Assembly (NCBI RefSeq): GCF_009914755.1
Contig: NC_060926.1
Length of the DNA stretch: 64,000 nucleotides
Strand: one strand, 5' to 3'
DNA from: the human T2T-CHM13v2.0 reference genome, Homo sapiens
The translations under genes were made by a program, and so were the position numbers. Below are positions 43,520-59,610 of the stretch, piece by piece. Below the pieces are notes generated by a model. It was not told the DNA's origin. It did not search any database and was given only the letters and a program-made list of their open reading frames with translations. The number at the start of each line of letters is the position of its first letter. Positions within the stretch are counted from its first letter, which is position 1.

Positions 43520-45330
43520 TCTCCTTAATTCTATGCCCAGCTCATCCCTTCTCTCTTGAATCCAATCTAATCTGGTTTTGTCCCACCTTGAGTTAACCTG
43601 ACCCTGACTGATCTCCTGTAGACTGGTCACTCAGCAAAGGAATGGGTTTGGCGAAGTCCCATGAAAATTACATAAGCTCCAGTGAATGAGGCATTTAATC
43701 TTAAGCCTCTCCAAAGCTGAGATTCAGCCTTCTTGATCATGCCAGTGGAGAGTCTGAAGCTTTTCCAACCATGTCTCCTCATGTTTGTGGGAAATCTTGC
43801 TGCCAGTTTTCTACATTACACAGTTATAAGCCCAAGGCTTGGATTCCAGCCCACAGATCACTCCAGGGAAAAAGCTGGTGCTACTTCCAACCATTAAAGC
43901 TGAGTTAGCAAGATTGGCTTTCAGCCAAAGTTCTGTCAAAACATATTCTTATTGTGTCCTGTCCTTGTTCATATCAGGAGAAGAGCTAGTGCTTTCTTAA
44001 AGCAACATAAAATTTCAAAGCCAAGAATCAGACCGCTTCACATGGTATATAATATTCACCCCTACTAGACATCTGGGAATTACCTTAGAATAAGTGTGCA
44101 TGAGGGATCCACACATCTGTTACCTCTCCTGTCTCCCAGTAAACCAGGAGAATTAGTAGATGTGCTCTTTGACCATATGACCCCTTCTCTTTTTTAATGA
44201 AAATCACAAACTATCCAGAAAAAGTGCTGGACCACCTCCAAGTTTACAAATCATGCGATTGCTCCTCTCTCTTTATATCACTCATCCTAGCAGCAGCATT
44301 TGGCAGCATTCATCATGCCCCCTCCCTCCTTTAAAGCCCCTTCTTAATTAATTTCCAAAATATCACATTCTTGTTTATTTTCCTACCTACTTATTCTTTT
44401 TTGCTTAATGATACTTGCATTCATAAATTGTAAAATTAGAATGTCCTAGTTTTTGGTCCTTCTTTATACTTTTCTATATTCATTCCCCAGGTCCCTGTTT
44501 TATGACTTCAGGTATCACCTGTAATCACTGAGTAACAACTTAGTATTTCCAGCCCCAAACTCTTCTCTAAATCATATATTCCTTTATCCAAACAATTTCT
44601 TAACTTTCTACGAGAGTCTTAAGCAAATGATTTCTAACCTTCTTTGATATATGAGAAAATCAGATCACTAAATTACTAGTTCAACTTTAATAAATCCAAA
44701 TTTGACTACCTGTAACGTTGCGTCTCAAGTCTTTCCAATATCATTAAATGGCAACCACATTTTCCTGCATAATCAGAATTACCCGGCATCCTTATTGACC
44801 TCTTTCTTTCTCTAACACCCCACATTTAAGCCATGAGAAAAGTATGTTGACAACTCTTCTGAAATAGATTCAGAATCCCACCGCTGCTCTCCAGCTCCAC
44901 CGCTACCTCTGCAGTCTATGGCATCATCATCTCCTGCCAGACTTAGCAATAGTAATGTCTCTTCCTGGAATATCTCAAGTATACATGCGGCTCAGGTTTT
45001 GTACTAGAAGTTTCTTCTGCCTGAAATATTTTTTAAATACCTGAATATCTTGCTTTCTTATTTTCTTCATATATCTGTTCACATATCACTTTATTAGAAT
45101 TGTCATTAAATTTTTTCTATATAAAATATATCCCCCACTTGAACTTTTCACCCACTATCTTGCTTTAAATTTCTTCATCGCATTTACCACCACTGGAAAT
45201 GTTATACTATGGTGTGTGTCATCTGTCTTTCTCTGAAAAACAAATAATACAGGAGAGCAAGTCTGTGTTATTCTTGTAATTCCTCTAATTTTTCAGTGCC
45301 TAGCCACCTGTTTATTGACACATAAAAGGT
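43520..45330 (+). mobile_element. L2 LINE, degenerate, interrupted at ~43600-44220
   Basis: 'tccaatctaatctggttttgtcccacc', 'cagcagcatttggca', 'ttccagccccaaactc', 'catccttattgacctctttc', 'cagaatcccaccgctgctctcc'. Confidence 0.55.
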
Positions 45331-46187
45331 ACTCCCTTTGGAGTTTTCGGTATCTTGCTGTTAATTTTAGTTTCAAAATAGAAGATTTTAATATAAACAA
45401 GTCATATCCTTTGCATTCTTTCAACACCTATACTAAACAACCACATCATTAATTATTAACCTACCATTATTAATTATTCAATGCTAGTAAATTGTTCACC
45501 AAATATACTTTTAATCCATATAGGTATGAGACTGAGCTAAATACTGTTGGGCATACACCATACACATAGTAAGACACAACTGTTCTCCTTAAAAATACTA
45601 TGTAAACTAGTAACATCATCAGAGAGAAAAAGATATAGAGATAATGATCTAGTAATGTTCCAAAGGCATAAATAATTTCTAGAAGGACAATGTGTAGTGA
45701 TATAAAACTCTGTTGCATAACCAATTAGATGGGTTCCTGATATAATTTGAATATAAAATAAGATTGTGAAGAAATAGCAATCCCATCACTTGCTAATTAT
45801 AATCTTTTTGACATTCTTTCCTAAAACTTTTGTTGATGTTTTATTTTTAACTCTTTGATTCTTAGTTTCTTCATCTATGTAATCGGGGGTTTTATGCATA
45901 ATAAATGAGGAAAAATTGAATAAAGCACATAACTCACTGCCTAGAACAGAGTAAGTCCTCAGTTATTGTTGTAATAATAATGTCAACATAGATTAAATGA
46001 ACAGCATGACTGACGTAGCCAAAGAGACAGAACTTATCTTTAATATACATTTTTAAAAGAAATAGTTATCACTTTAACAATAAGAAAAAAATAACACAAA
46101 CTATCATTAAAAATAGACAAATTAATTTCTATTTTGAAATGGAAATTTTGTCATTGTTCTTCAAAAGATTTCTAAATAAATACAAGT

Positions 46188-46362
46188 AGATTTGCCAGAT
46201 TTAGAAAATGCTCGGTGAAGCTTCAATTTCAGATAAAAAATAATTTGCAGATAAGTATTTTCCAAATATTGAATGGGACATGCTTATAATTTTAAAATAT
46301 TTGTTTATTTTTACCTAAACTTCGAATTTAACGTGGATGTCTAAATTTTATCTGGCAAGTTT
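46188..46362. mobile_element. MER53 (hAT MITE)
   Basis: TIRs 'ttgccagatttag...ttttatctggcaa'; internal 'aatttcagata' and 'tgggacatgcttata'. Confidence 0.75.
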
Positions 46363-46434
46363 AAATATAGTCTCTGTTTTATTTTTTTAACTGAAGCCAA
46401 ACCCATGGCGTGAGGATAAACAGGCCCATGAAGT

Positions 46435-46497
46435 ACACATGCACACACACACACATGCACACACACACAGATGCACACACACACAGATGCACACACC
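46435..46497 (+). repeat. Imperfect (CA)n repeat
   Basis: Directly visible. Confidence 0.9.
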
Positions 46498-46636
46498 ACA
46501 AAGACCAGATAGGCAATGTTTGGCAATATGATCCACTGAGCTCATAAGAGTCAGCTATAATGTATCACTGAAAAGGAACTTAGAAAATTATAACGGAATC
46601 TTATAAATCACATTAAGATCTGTTTAATATATACAG

Positions 46637-46851
46637 CAGAGATTAGCAAACTATATCTGGCTAAATCTAGTCCATGGCCTGTTTTTACAGATCTTGGGCT
46701 AAAAATAGTTTTTACATTTTATATATTTTATACTTTAGCTTAATTTATATTTTATATTTTAATTTATAAATGGACATATATAGAGATCTTATTTAGCCCA
46801 TAAAGCTTAACAGTTATTATCTGGTAATTTATAGAGAAAAATATGTTAACC
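46637..46851 (+). mobile_element. MER58 (hAT-Charlie)
   Basis: 'cagagattagcaaacta...gcctgttttta...gctaaaaatagtttttacatttt...gcccataaagcttaa...tatctggt'. Confidence 0.65.
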
Positions 46852-48997
46852 TATATAGAGGAGAAATTCATTCTTTTATTCATTTAGTGAATAATTATTG
46901 AGAACCCACTGTGTTGCAGGAATCCTCTCAGGTGCTGATATGGAGCTCACAGTGTAGTGTATAAACAGAGACAACATTAAATAGCAACAAAAGAAACCGA
47001 GGAACACTCAAATAAGTCATATATGAAAGTATTCAGTATTATGTAAACACATGACTCTAACGTTAGGTATTCTGACTTATTTATACTGCAAGCTACTAAT
47101 TTAGATCCACCCAGGATGAAAAACTGTTTTCTGATTTATTCTTTTATATTTTCTAAGTGGTCATTTTAAATACTTAATTCAAATTTACTTTTTATTTACC
47201 TTTTGCTTTTCTTCAAATTATTCCTTTGTTCAGATACATTTTCAAATAAATTCTAGCAAAGCAAAGTTGTTACATGTGTACTAACCATAGCATTGTTCTC
47301 TTTGTTTTCCACATCAACTTCTTGTATCAAAAAAGTAGGTTCCAGGAGGGCACACATTGGGTGGTAAGACATAAATGGGAAAAAATACTGAAACCCAGAC
47401 CTGTCAAATCTACTCTGCCTGTGAGTGTGTTGGTAAATATCATTGTCTGAAAGATTTCTGATCGGACCTTCCTCTTCACATATTTTCCCAAGTCATCAAC
47501 ATCTTTATTCCTTTATTATTTAATTTTAAAGAACAGAGATTCATTATTTATACAACATTAGTATTTCTTCCTAGGAACAGAGTTTGAGTCCTTAAATTCT
47601 ACTTAACATGTATCTTTCCATGTTATTCTTGAAAAGTGTGACGTCCACAGGGCAACTCCAGGCAAGCGCTACAGAGCATGATACAAAATATTGCCCTGTT
47701 TTGCTAGACTGGGCTTCTTATGAGCCTCACAATTTTCTCTTGTGCCTTCAGAATGAAGTCCAGGTCCTTCTTCCACAGGCACCTAAGTCTGAATGTTTAG
47801 ACACAAAGGTTTACTTTAATCCGAACTTCTTTGCTCTGGTTATGAAACAAAGATAGGAGAGGATATCTCTGAAATTTCCCTATTATTTTGCCAATAGTAT
47901 AAATGTGACATAATCTTAAAGTTTTATAAAGAGCACTATGAACGTATTGTTGCAAACAGTCAATACTTATGGGTAAGAGTATTTTTCTATTACTAAATTA
48001 GAACTTTAGGAGAAAAAAATTAAAATGTCCTTGATATAAATGGTTCTACATGGAAGTAACTTGCATCTTAAGATCATATCATTTTTCATTAATATGTTTG
48101 CAGTTTGAATCAAAATATATCTTTTAGTTCTGAGAGGAATTATCAGATGAATTTGTTAAATATAATTACTTGACTTTAGAAAATGTGGCAAAACTATAAC
48201 AAAAAAATCTTTAAAAGAAAATTACATTTGTGCAATATAAATTAGTGGATGATAAGTTGTTAGATAAAGAAATTGCATTGCTTGACATTTTTGAGTTCCA
48301 TGAAGTCAGAGTTTTCTAGGGTGATTCACACATAAGAAATCTACTTTTTAAGGTCACAAATCATATGACAAATTAGTATTTCCAATTAAATCCTTTTGTA
48401 GGAAAACCCAGAGTTTATGAAATATTTGGAGGATTGGGCCTTGCTAAAAGTGTTTTAGAAAGTTAAAATCTACCACATTTCTATCCTTTTTGCTCATTCT
48501 TTAATCCTCTTTGGCATAGTCCCAGCTGGGAGACTGGTTTTACAGCTGCTTCTTGAAACTGTGAAGAACTGGGCCTCAGGAGCCTCTGTACTCCCAACTG
48601 GGTTATAACAGAAAAGTTGAAATATTAAAGTTACCTCCATAATATTGAGATATAACATTTCTCAGTTAATTTTTTAATAGTGTAAATTCTGGGGTATCTT
48701 GGAATTACACTTTTATGTATGTATATTTATTATTTTGATGTTTTTATTTCTAAATATTACTATATTTTGTTTATTTAATTTTCTACATATGAAGGTTTAT
48801 ATTTCAAGTTTTCTATATCTCAATTTATTTACAGTTTGACTACAACATTTCAGTGTTTTTCTCACTAATAACTTGCTATATAGTTCAATTGCTTAACAAT
48901 GGAAAACATTCTATTTAAAGTGTATTTTTGTAAATCAGAACCTCAGAGGATAGTTCCTATTCATGAAACATTGCTGGAAACTATTTGACTTATTTCT

Positions 48998-49313
48998 GTT
49001 TGTTGCTGTTGTTGTTGTTGTTTGTTTGTTTGTTTTTGAGACGGAGTCTCGCTGTCACCCAGGCTGGAGTGCAACAGCGCGATCTTGGCTCACTGCAACC
49101 TCCGCGTCCACCCCTGCCTCCATGTTCAAGCGAGTCTCCCACCTCAGCCTCCCGAGTAGCTGGGATTACAGGCACCCACCATCATGTCCCGCAAATTTTT
49201 GCATTTTTGTAGAGACGGGATATCACCGTGTTGGCCAGGCTGATCTCAGGTGATCCACCCGCCTCGGCCTCCCAAAATACTGGGATTACAGGTGTGAGCC
49301 ACCACTCTCACAC
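48998..49313 (-). mobile_element. AluS with (GTT)n/(GTTT)n tail
   Basis: Antisense Alu; 12-bp TSD tgacttatttct at 48986-48997 and 49314-49325. Confidence 0.95.
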
Positions 49314-49859
49314 TGACTTATTTCTTAAAGACCACTTTTAGAGTAGCACGTATGTGCCAGATATACAGTACTAGATGTATCTGACAATGTGTTGGTAACA
49401 TCTATTGAATTGGGTTATGAAAACCCAAATCATATAAACGAGATATATGTCCTTAATATTTTAACCACCCTCATTATTTTTAATATTTTGTGCAGACCAT
49501 TCAAATGAATCTCAGTTGATAGCCTACCCAACCATAAAAATAGAAGAGACTAAAGGGGTTGATTTAACTCCTTGGAAAAGAGATTTCTCTCCTTAGCTCA
49601 CAAAATGGAATCACTATAATGATTTCGAATAATCTGTGACTACAGTTTGGATGTGGCCTATGGTAGAATATATGTCTACAAGTGTAAAAAATGTAGCTTT
49701 GCTTAGTTTCACTGTAAAAGGTAGGATTAACAAGTATATTAAAAATTGATTATAATATATTTACAAATATTGTAATTATATGCTAAAATTTGTTATTTTA
49801 TATAATTGCTCAGATTTATAGGATCATTTGGAATTATTAGAGCAATGACTGATTTAATC

Positions 49860-49975
49860 TTGTCTGCACATTGAAACCACCTGGGTAGATTTTTTAAAAT
49901 TGCCCATAACTGGGGCTCTGCTCAGATCAATTAATTAAGAATCTCTGGTGGATGGGACTTGGACATCAATATTTT
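49860..49975. mobile_element. MER5A fragment
   Basis: 'ctgcacattgaaaccacctggg...cagatcaattaattaagaatctctgg'. Confidence 0.55.
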
Positions 49976-49980
49976 ATTAG

Positions 49981-52845
49981 TTTTCTAACTTTTAAAAAAT
50001 TTAGATTCGGGGGTATAAGTGCAGGTTTGTTATCTAGGTATATTGTGTGATTCTGAGGTTTGGGTTATGAATTTTCTCATCACTCAGATAATGAACCTGG
50101 TTTATCAACACTTACCTCTTACCCTCCCTCCCCATCCAGTGTCTATTGTTGCCATCTTTACATCTGCTTGTATCCAATGTTTTGCTCCTGCTTATAAGTG
50201 ATAACAGGCAGTATTTAGCTTTCCATTATTGCAGTAATTTGCTTAAAATAATGGCCTTCAGCTGCATCCATATTGCTGCAAAGGATATTATTTTGTTCTT
50301 TTACATGGCTGCATAGCATTCTATGGTGGATATGTACCACATTTTCTGTATCCAATCCAACATTGATGGGCACATAGGTTGAATCCATGTCTTTGCTATT
50401 GTGAATAGTGCCACAATGAGCATGTGAGGCCAGCATCTGTTGGTTTTTTACTATAATAATACCCATTCTGACTGGTTTGGGATTGTAGTTTTAATTTACA
50501 TTTCTCTGATGATTAGTTACACTGAGCATTTTTTCATGTTTGTTGGCTGCTCATATATCTTCTTCTGAGAAGTATCTGTTCATTTCTCATGCCCATTTTT
50601 AATGGGGTTATTTGGTTTTTGCTTGTTAATTTGTTTCAGTGCCTTGCAGATTCTGAATCAAGATTCTTTTTTGATGCATAGTTGTGAATCTGTTCTGGTG
50701 GGGGTACTCTGTTGATAGTTTCTTTTGCTGTACAAAACCTCTTTAGTTTAATTAGATCCCACTGTCAATTTTTGTTTTGTTGCAATTACGTTTGAGGACA
50801 TAGTCATAACTGATTTTCCAAGGCTGGTGTCCAGAATAATGTTTCTTGGGTTTTGTTCTGGGATTCTCATAGATGGAGTTCTCACATTTAGATTTTTAAT
50901 CCATCTTGAGTTAATTACTGTATATGGTGAAAAGTAAGGGTCCAGTTTCATTCTTCTGCATATGGCTAGCCAGCTATCCCAGCATTATTTATTGACTAGG
51001 GAGTCCTTTCCTCATTGGTTATTTTTGACTGCTTTTTTGAAGATCAGATGGCTGTAGGCGTGCAGCTTTATTTCTGGGTTCTTCATTCTTTTTGATTGGT
51101 CTATGTGTCTGCTTTTAGTATCAGTTCTACATTGTTTTTGCTACTGTATCCCTGCCCTATAGTACAGTTTGAAGTCAGGTAATGTGATGCCTCTACTTTT
51201 GTTTTTAAGTAGGATTGCTTTGGCTATTTGAATTCCTTTTTCGTTCCATATAAATTTTAGAATCTTTTTTTTCTAATTTTGTGAAAAATGATGTTGGTAA
51301 TTTGATAAGAATAGTGTTGAATCTGTAGATTGCTTTGGGCAGTATGGTCATTGTAATGACATTGATTCTTCTAATCCATGAACATGGAATGCTTTTCCAT
51401 TTGTTTGTGTCATCTACAATACTTTTTAACAGTGTTTTGTTTTTCCCCTTATAGAGATCTTTAATCTCCTTAATTAGATGTCTTCCTATTTTACTTTTGT
51501 GTGGCTATTGTAAATGTAATTGCATTCTTGATTTGGCTCTCAGCTTGAATGTTATTAGTGTATGGGAATGCCACTGATTTTTGTACATTGATTGTGTATT
51601 CTGATACATCAGTGAAGTTGTTACATTAGTTCTAAGAGCATTTTGGTGGAATCTTTAGGGTTTTCTAGGTACAGAATCATATTTTTTTTTTGCCAAGAGA
51701 GATAGCCTCACTTCATTTTTTTTTTCCATTTGGATGCCTTTTATTTCTTTCTCTTGGCTGACTGATCTGACTACCACTTCCAGTACGATGTTGAATGGGA
51801 ATGATGAGAATGAGCATCCTTTTCTCATATAAGTTCTCAAGGGGAATGCTTCCATGTTTTGATCATTCAGTGTGATATTAGCTGTGGGTTTGTCATAGAT
51901 GGCTCTTATTATTTTGAGGTATGTTCCTTCAATGTCTAGTTGTTGAGTGTTTTTATCATGAAGTGATACTGGATTTTATTGAAAGCTTTTTCTGCATCTG
52001 TTGACATGATCAAATGGTTTTTGTTTTTAATTCTGTTTATATGGTGAATCACATTTACTGACTTGCATGTCAAAGAAACCTTGCATCACATGTACTAAGT
52101 CTACTAGATCATGGTGAATTAGCTTTTTGATATGCTGCTGAATTTGGATTGCCATCCATATTTTGTTGAGGATTTTTGTGTTTTTGTTTATCAGGGGTAT
52201 TGGCCTGTGGTTTTCTTTGTTTGTTGTATCTTTGACAACTTTTGGTAGCAAGATGATGCTGGCTTCATGGAATAAGTTAGGGAGGATTCCCTCCTCCTCC
52301 TTGATTTTTTTTTCTTTTGAATAGTTACAGTAGAATTGGTACCAGTTCTTCTTTGCATAACTGGTAGAATTTGGCTGTGAATTCATCTTGTTGGGGGATT
52401 TTTTTTTTTTTGGTTGCTAGGTTTTTTCATTACTGCTTCAATTTTATAACTTGATATTAGTCTGTTCAGGGTTTTGATTTCTTCCAGATTCACGCTTGGG
52501 AGATTGTGTCTTTGTGTCTTTCCAGGATTTTACTCATTTCCTTTAGATTTTCTAGTTTGTATACAAAGAAGTATTGATAATAGTTTCTGTGGATCTTTTG
52601 TATTTTTGTGGGATTGGTTTTAATGTCACATTGGTCATTTCTGATTGTGCTTATTTTGATATTCTCTCTTTTTTGCTTTTGAAGTATATCTAACAGTCTA
52701 TCAATCTTATTTACAGAACCATGCACAGAACCAACTTTCAGCTTTGTTGATTCTTTGTATGGAAGTTTGGGTCTCAATTTCATTGAGTTCTGATTTGATT
52801 TTAGTTATTTGATTTAGTTATTTATTTCCTTCTGCTAGCTTTGGG
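49981..52845 (-). mobile_element. Older primate L1 (L1PA15/16- or L1PB-like), ORF2 plus 3'UTR, 5'-truncated with internal deletions
   Basis: Antisense ORF2-like peptides ([33 protein letters not shown]); 3' end 'gcaggtttgttatctaggtatattgtgtgattctgaggtttggg'. Confidence 0.9.
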
Positions 52846-53184
52846 GGTGTTTACACCCACATATAGGTTCATCTCCGTGATCCTCCACCAAGTTTATTAA
52901 TAAGATTCAGAATCACATAGGGCCTGGAGAAAGCCTCGTTTGGTGGAATAAATCTGGAGAAAGGACTGCCATTATGGCAGGAAATACACAGAGCTCTAAC
53001 TAGATCATTCCTTACTATACAAAAGATGCAGGCTGCCTAGGAAAAGATAGCAAACCCTGTTGCCTCAGGGCACAAGTAAAGACCCCCTGTGACTGAAGGA
53101 AGAGCAAAATAAAATAACAACCCTACCACTGGCCATGGGGCTGGTTCTGGATCCAGGTTCTTTATATATATACTCAAACATACA

Positions 53185-53515
53185 CACAGGTTGATAATAA
53201 ACTGGTTGCTATGGGTATGGGGTGGGGAGGAAATGAAGACAGGTAGGTCAAAAGACACAAAATAGCAGGTATGTAGAATGAACAAGTCTGAACATCTAAT
53301 AAACATGATAACCATAGTTAATTAAATGGCATTATATGAGGTTTTTTAAAATAAAAAATAAGTTGGTTTTAGCTGTTCTTGTCACAAGTAAAGCTATTAT
53401 ATCAGATGCTAGATATGTTAATCTGCTTCACTGTAACAATTATTTTACGATCTATATGTATCCTATAATATCATGTTGTAAGCCTCTAATATACAAATAA
53501 AATGTATTAAAAAAT
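53185..53515 (+). mobile_element. L1MA 3' UTR fragment
   Basis: 'gtaggtcaaagacacaaaatagcag...tagatatgttaatctgcttcactgta...atcatgttgtaagcc...aataaaa'. Confidence 0.7.
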
Positions 53516-53859
53516 AAGTACAAAATTTTTAAAAGGGACTATATCAATATCATTGGCAGTGTCTTAACTTTGGAGGAGAACAGGACACTTTCCCTTAAAA
53601 GAACACCAAAAAATCAAAACAGAGTTTGTCTGCCACAGAGAGGGGACACCTCAAAGAAACATACCACCTCAAAGACACAGGCATACCGTGCCTTCCTAAT
53701 ACACAAATGAGGATTAGAAAAACAGAGAACTACCCATGTTGCCTTGCCCTCTTTCCTCAAACCACACTAGCAGGCACAAAGTAAACAAGCAAGAAGAGTC
53801 TGCCACTGGGAGTGGGTAAACAGCACGCCGAGAGATACATGTAGAATAAATATAAAAAT

Positions 53860-56433
53860 TAAAACAATACTGGACACATTGTATTCAAACTCCTTAAAAC
53901 CAAAGCTAAAGAGTCAAAGTTACAGATAGCCATCCAGAAAAACACATATACAGACAGAAGAGCAAATGTAAGAATTAGAGGAAACTTCTCATAAAAGAAC
54001 TATGCAAACCAGAAAACAAAAAAATGGCATTATTAAAGTATTGAAAGAAACCAAAATGTCAAACCAGGGTACTATATTCAGAAAAAAAATCTTTAAATGA
54101 AAATAAATATTTTGGGGACAAACTAATGCTAAGAATAATTCATTATCAGCACTTATATCTGCACTGTAAGAAATGCTAAAGGACATTCTTAATGTACCTC
54201 ATAAGTATATAAACCTACAAGGTACCCACAATTTTTTTAAATAAAAAAATTTAAAAAATACTATAATATCAAAGAGAAATCTGAACTAAAGAAAGAGATT
54301 TAGAAATGGTCAAAATAGAAATAATTAAGCAAATATTTTCATTCTTACTTGTAATCACTCTAAATGTAATTGAATTTCCAAATAAAAATATTAGCAAGAT
54401 ATGGTAGGTTTATTGTGTATATGACAACAATAGTGCAAAAGAAGAGAAAAAAGTAAATATACTAGTGTGCATACTACATGGAGCTTAATATTATTTGCAA
54501 TATAAACTGTGATAATGAGGTATAAATAAGGAGCAAATATTGTAGTCAAAATGAAATAATAGAAATATACTTCATCATTCTAAATGCATGTAGTTAAAAA
54601 GAAAAATTATATTAACAGTTGGAACAAATAGAAAGCTACTAGCAAGCTCTAGATTTTAAACCCATCATATACATAGTACTAAATGTAAATGTTCTAAACA
54701 CTACAATTAAGAAAGAGATTGTCAGATGATTGGATATAAAAGTAAGCCCCAACTGTATGCTGTCCACAGAAAGTTGTTTTAAATATAAAGTTATAGATAG
54801 GTTCAAAGCAAAAAATAAGAAAAGTATACCTCACAAGTATTCTTCTAAAAGAAAACTTGAGTAGCTATACTAATACTATAGGAATATCATTAGGGATAAC
54901 AAAGTTAATTGCAGAATGACGAAGAGTTCAATCCATCAAGGAGATATAATAACCCTATTGTTGCACCTAATAGTAGTGCTTTGAATTTATAGAGGAAAAT
55001 TGATAGAATTGAAAGCAGAAAAAATAATCCACAAATTTGGTTGAGGTCTTCAGTACTTCTATCTAGTAATTGATAGAATAAGAAAATAGAAAATCAGTAT
55101 AATCATGGAAGCCCTTAGGAACATTATTTGTTATTCACCTTATTAAATCATTACATTAATTATTCTAATTGATGTTTACAGAACAATCTACTGAATATCA
55201 GAATACACAGTTTTTTCAAGTGCATGCACATGTAACATCTATCAAGATAGACCATATTCTGGGTCATAAAATAAACTTTAAAATATTTACAATAATTGTA
55301 ATAACAAAAAGTGTGTCTCTGACCAAAATGAAATTAAATTACTAGTCAATAACAGAAAACTATCTATAAAATTTCCATATATTTAGAAATGAAAAAATAC
55401 TCCTAAATAACTAGCACACCATACAAAATGACACAAGGGAAATTAGAAAATATTTGTAATTGAATAAATAGGTAAACATAATATATCAAAATTAGTGGAT
55501 GCAATCAATGTGATAGAGTAAAGAAGAAAAACCATATGACCATCTCAACGAATGCAGAATATGCATATGCCAAGTTAAACATCAATTCATTACAGAATAA
55601 ATGGATTTTAAGTATTTGCTGAAGAACTCTTTAATTCCTCAGCAAGCTAGAAATGAAAGAAAAGGTTTTTATCTTCAAAAAGTGTTTCTTGCCATAGAGC
55701 TATACTAACATACCTAAGAGTGAAAGGCCTCTTTTCTAAGATAAAAATGTCAACTCTATGTTGTTTTCTCAGTCTTATTTGATACCATACTTGAAGTTCT
55801 TTCCAGCATAATAAGACAAGAAAAAGAAATACATAAAGAAGAAATACAGTGGTATTTATTTGAAGACAACATAATTGTCTATGTTAAAAATCCCTAAGAA
55901 TCTAAAAAATGCTACCGCCACTATTATGTGAGTTTAGCAATGTTGCCAGTTAAAAGGTCAATGTATCAAATTGTATTGCATTTTTACATACTAGCAACGA
56001 AAAATTTGAAATTTATAATAAAATGGTACCATTTAACATAGCAATAAAACTGAAATGCCATTAATTATTAAGGTAACAAAATGTGTACAAAATCTGTATG
56101 CTGAATAATAAAAAACAATAATGAAAAGTTTATAGAATACCTACTTTAATTAAGATATGGATCACGCTTATAGACAGAAAGACTAAGTATTGTTAAAATG
56201 CTGATTTTCCCCAAATTGACCTACAGAATGCATACATTTTTAACCAAATCATATTAGAATTTTTAAAAATAAAATTGAGAAGATGATTCTAAATTTGTAT
56301 AAAAAAGAAGGAACTAGAAAAGACAACACAATTTTGAAAAATCAAAGAACAAAGTTGGAGGACTCAGATGACCTGATTTTCTGATTTCAAGACTTTCAAT
56401 AAAGCTAGAGTAAACAAAAACATGGAATTGGAA

Positions 56434-56467
<34 letters not shown>

Positions 56468-56640
56468 GTCTAGAAACAAACCTAAATATAAATGGTTGAT
56501 TGGTTTGACGATCGCACAAAGGTATTTGAATGGAAAGAGAACAGACTTTTTGAGAAAAGGCGCTGGAAATTTAGATATCCGTGTGCAAAATATCTCAATG
56601 CATACCTTGCACTCTATGTAAACATTTAGTTCAAAATGAG
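53860..56640 (+). mobile_element. Old L1M element (ORF1 end plus fragmented ORF2)
   Basis: ORF1-like 'aactatgcaaaccagaaaac'; endonuclease-like 'aaatgtaaatgttctaaacac', 'gaccatattctgggtcataaa'; RT-like 'tttgaagacaacataattgtctatg'. Confidence 0.75.
56435..56465 (+). repeat. (CA)n microsatellite
   Basis: Directly visible. Confidence 0.93.
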
Positions 56641-56956
56641 TCAGTAATAAGCATAACTGACTATCATAACAAGGGGGTAAAAATGCAATATGATTTCTAC
56701 TGATGGAAGCTTCATAAAGATAAACAAATTGAAAGGATTCACAGCACAACAGTTCATATTTAGTAAAATGCAATAAACACATAACCAGCAAAAGAAAATA
56801 ACCTATTGAATAGAGATTAGGTATGGAATGTATGGAATAAGCTCTGGAAAAAAACCTTTTATCTTTGAATATACATAATTACAAGACACAGATAAGGGGA
56901 TTAGCAAATATATAAATATTCGCTAATATATTCACTTTATTGAGATACATACATCT

Positions 56957-57474
56957 CCAATCCAATGTCATAAATCTTTTCTCCTATATTTTCTTCTAAG
57001 ACTTGTATAGTTTTAGCACTTATGTTTAGATCTTTGGTCCATTTTTAGTTTGATTTTGTATATTGTCTTAGGTCCAATATAGTTTCCCCAACACAACTGG
57101 TTGAAAAGACCATTCTTTCCCCATTGAATGATCTTGATCCCCTTGTTGAAAATCAATTGACCCTATGTGAAAGGGCTTATTTCTGGGTTTTCTATTCTCT
57201 TCTGTCAGTCCATACATCTGTCTTTATGCCATTATCACACTGTTTTGATTGCTATAATAGCTTTATAACAAGTTTGAAAATCTGGAAATATGAAACCTCA
57301 GCATTGTTCTTCCTTTTAAAGATTATTTGGTTATTTGGGGTTGCTTCAGATTCCATATAAATTTTATGATGAATCTTTCTATTTCTGTAAAACAAAATCA
57401 TTGGAATTTGGATAAGAATTGCATTGCATATGTAGATTTCTTTGGTTAATGTTGACATCTTAACAATATTAAGT
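56957..57474 (-). mobile_element. L1MB-like ORF2 segment, inverted relative to its 3' part
   Basis: Antisense ORF2-like sequence (minus ORF 57252-57458 NAILIQIPM...). Confidence 0.8.
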
Positions 57475-58940
<1,466 letters not shown>

Positions 58941-58962
58941 GGGATAATTGATACCATATCCC

Positions 58963-59610
58963 TTTTTTTTTCTTTTTCCTTTTTTTTTTTATTATACTTT
59001 AAGTTTTAGGGTACATGTGCACATTGTGCAAGTTAGTTACATATGTATACATGTGCCATGCTGGTGCGCTGCACCCACTAACTCGTCATCTAGCCTTAGG
59101 TATATCTCCCAATGCTATCCCTCCCCGCTCCTCCCACCCCACCACAGTCCCCAGAGTGTGATATTCCCCTTCATGTGTCCATGTGATCTCATTGTTCAAT
59201 TCCCACCTATGAGTGAGAATATGCGGTGTTTGGTTTTTTGTTCTTGCGATAGTTTACTGAGAATGATGATTTCCAATTTCATCCATGTCCCTACAAAGGA
59301 CATGAACTCATCATTTTGTATGGCTGCATAGTATTCCATGGTGTAGATGTGCCACATTTTCTTAATCCAGTCTATCATTGTTGGACATTTGGGTTGGTTC
59401 CAAGTCTTTACTATTGTGAATAATGCCGCAATAAACATACGTGTGCATGTGTCTTTATAGCAGCATGATTTATAGTCATTTGGGTATATACCCAGTAATG
59501 GGATGGCTGGGTCAAATGGTATTTCTAGTTCTAGATCCCTGAGGAATCGCCACACTGACTTCCACAATGGTTGAACTAGTTTACAGTCCCACCAACAGTG
59601 TAAAGCGTTC
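58963..59610 (-). mobile_element. Young L1 (L1PA2-like) 3' fragment, ~650 bp
   Basis: Reverse complement reads 'gctagatgacgagttagtgggtgcagcgcaccagcatggc'; ORF2 C-terminus is open (ORF 59196-59612 ...HRIFSLIGGN). Confidence 0.93.
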
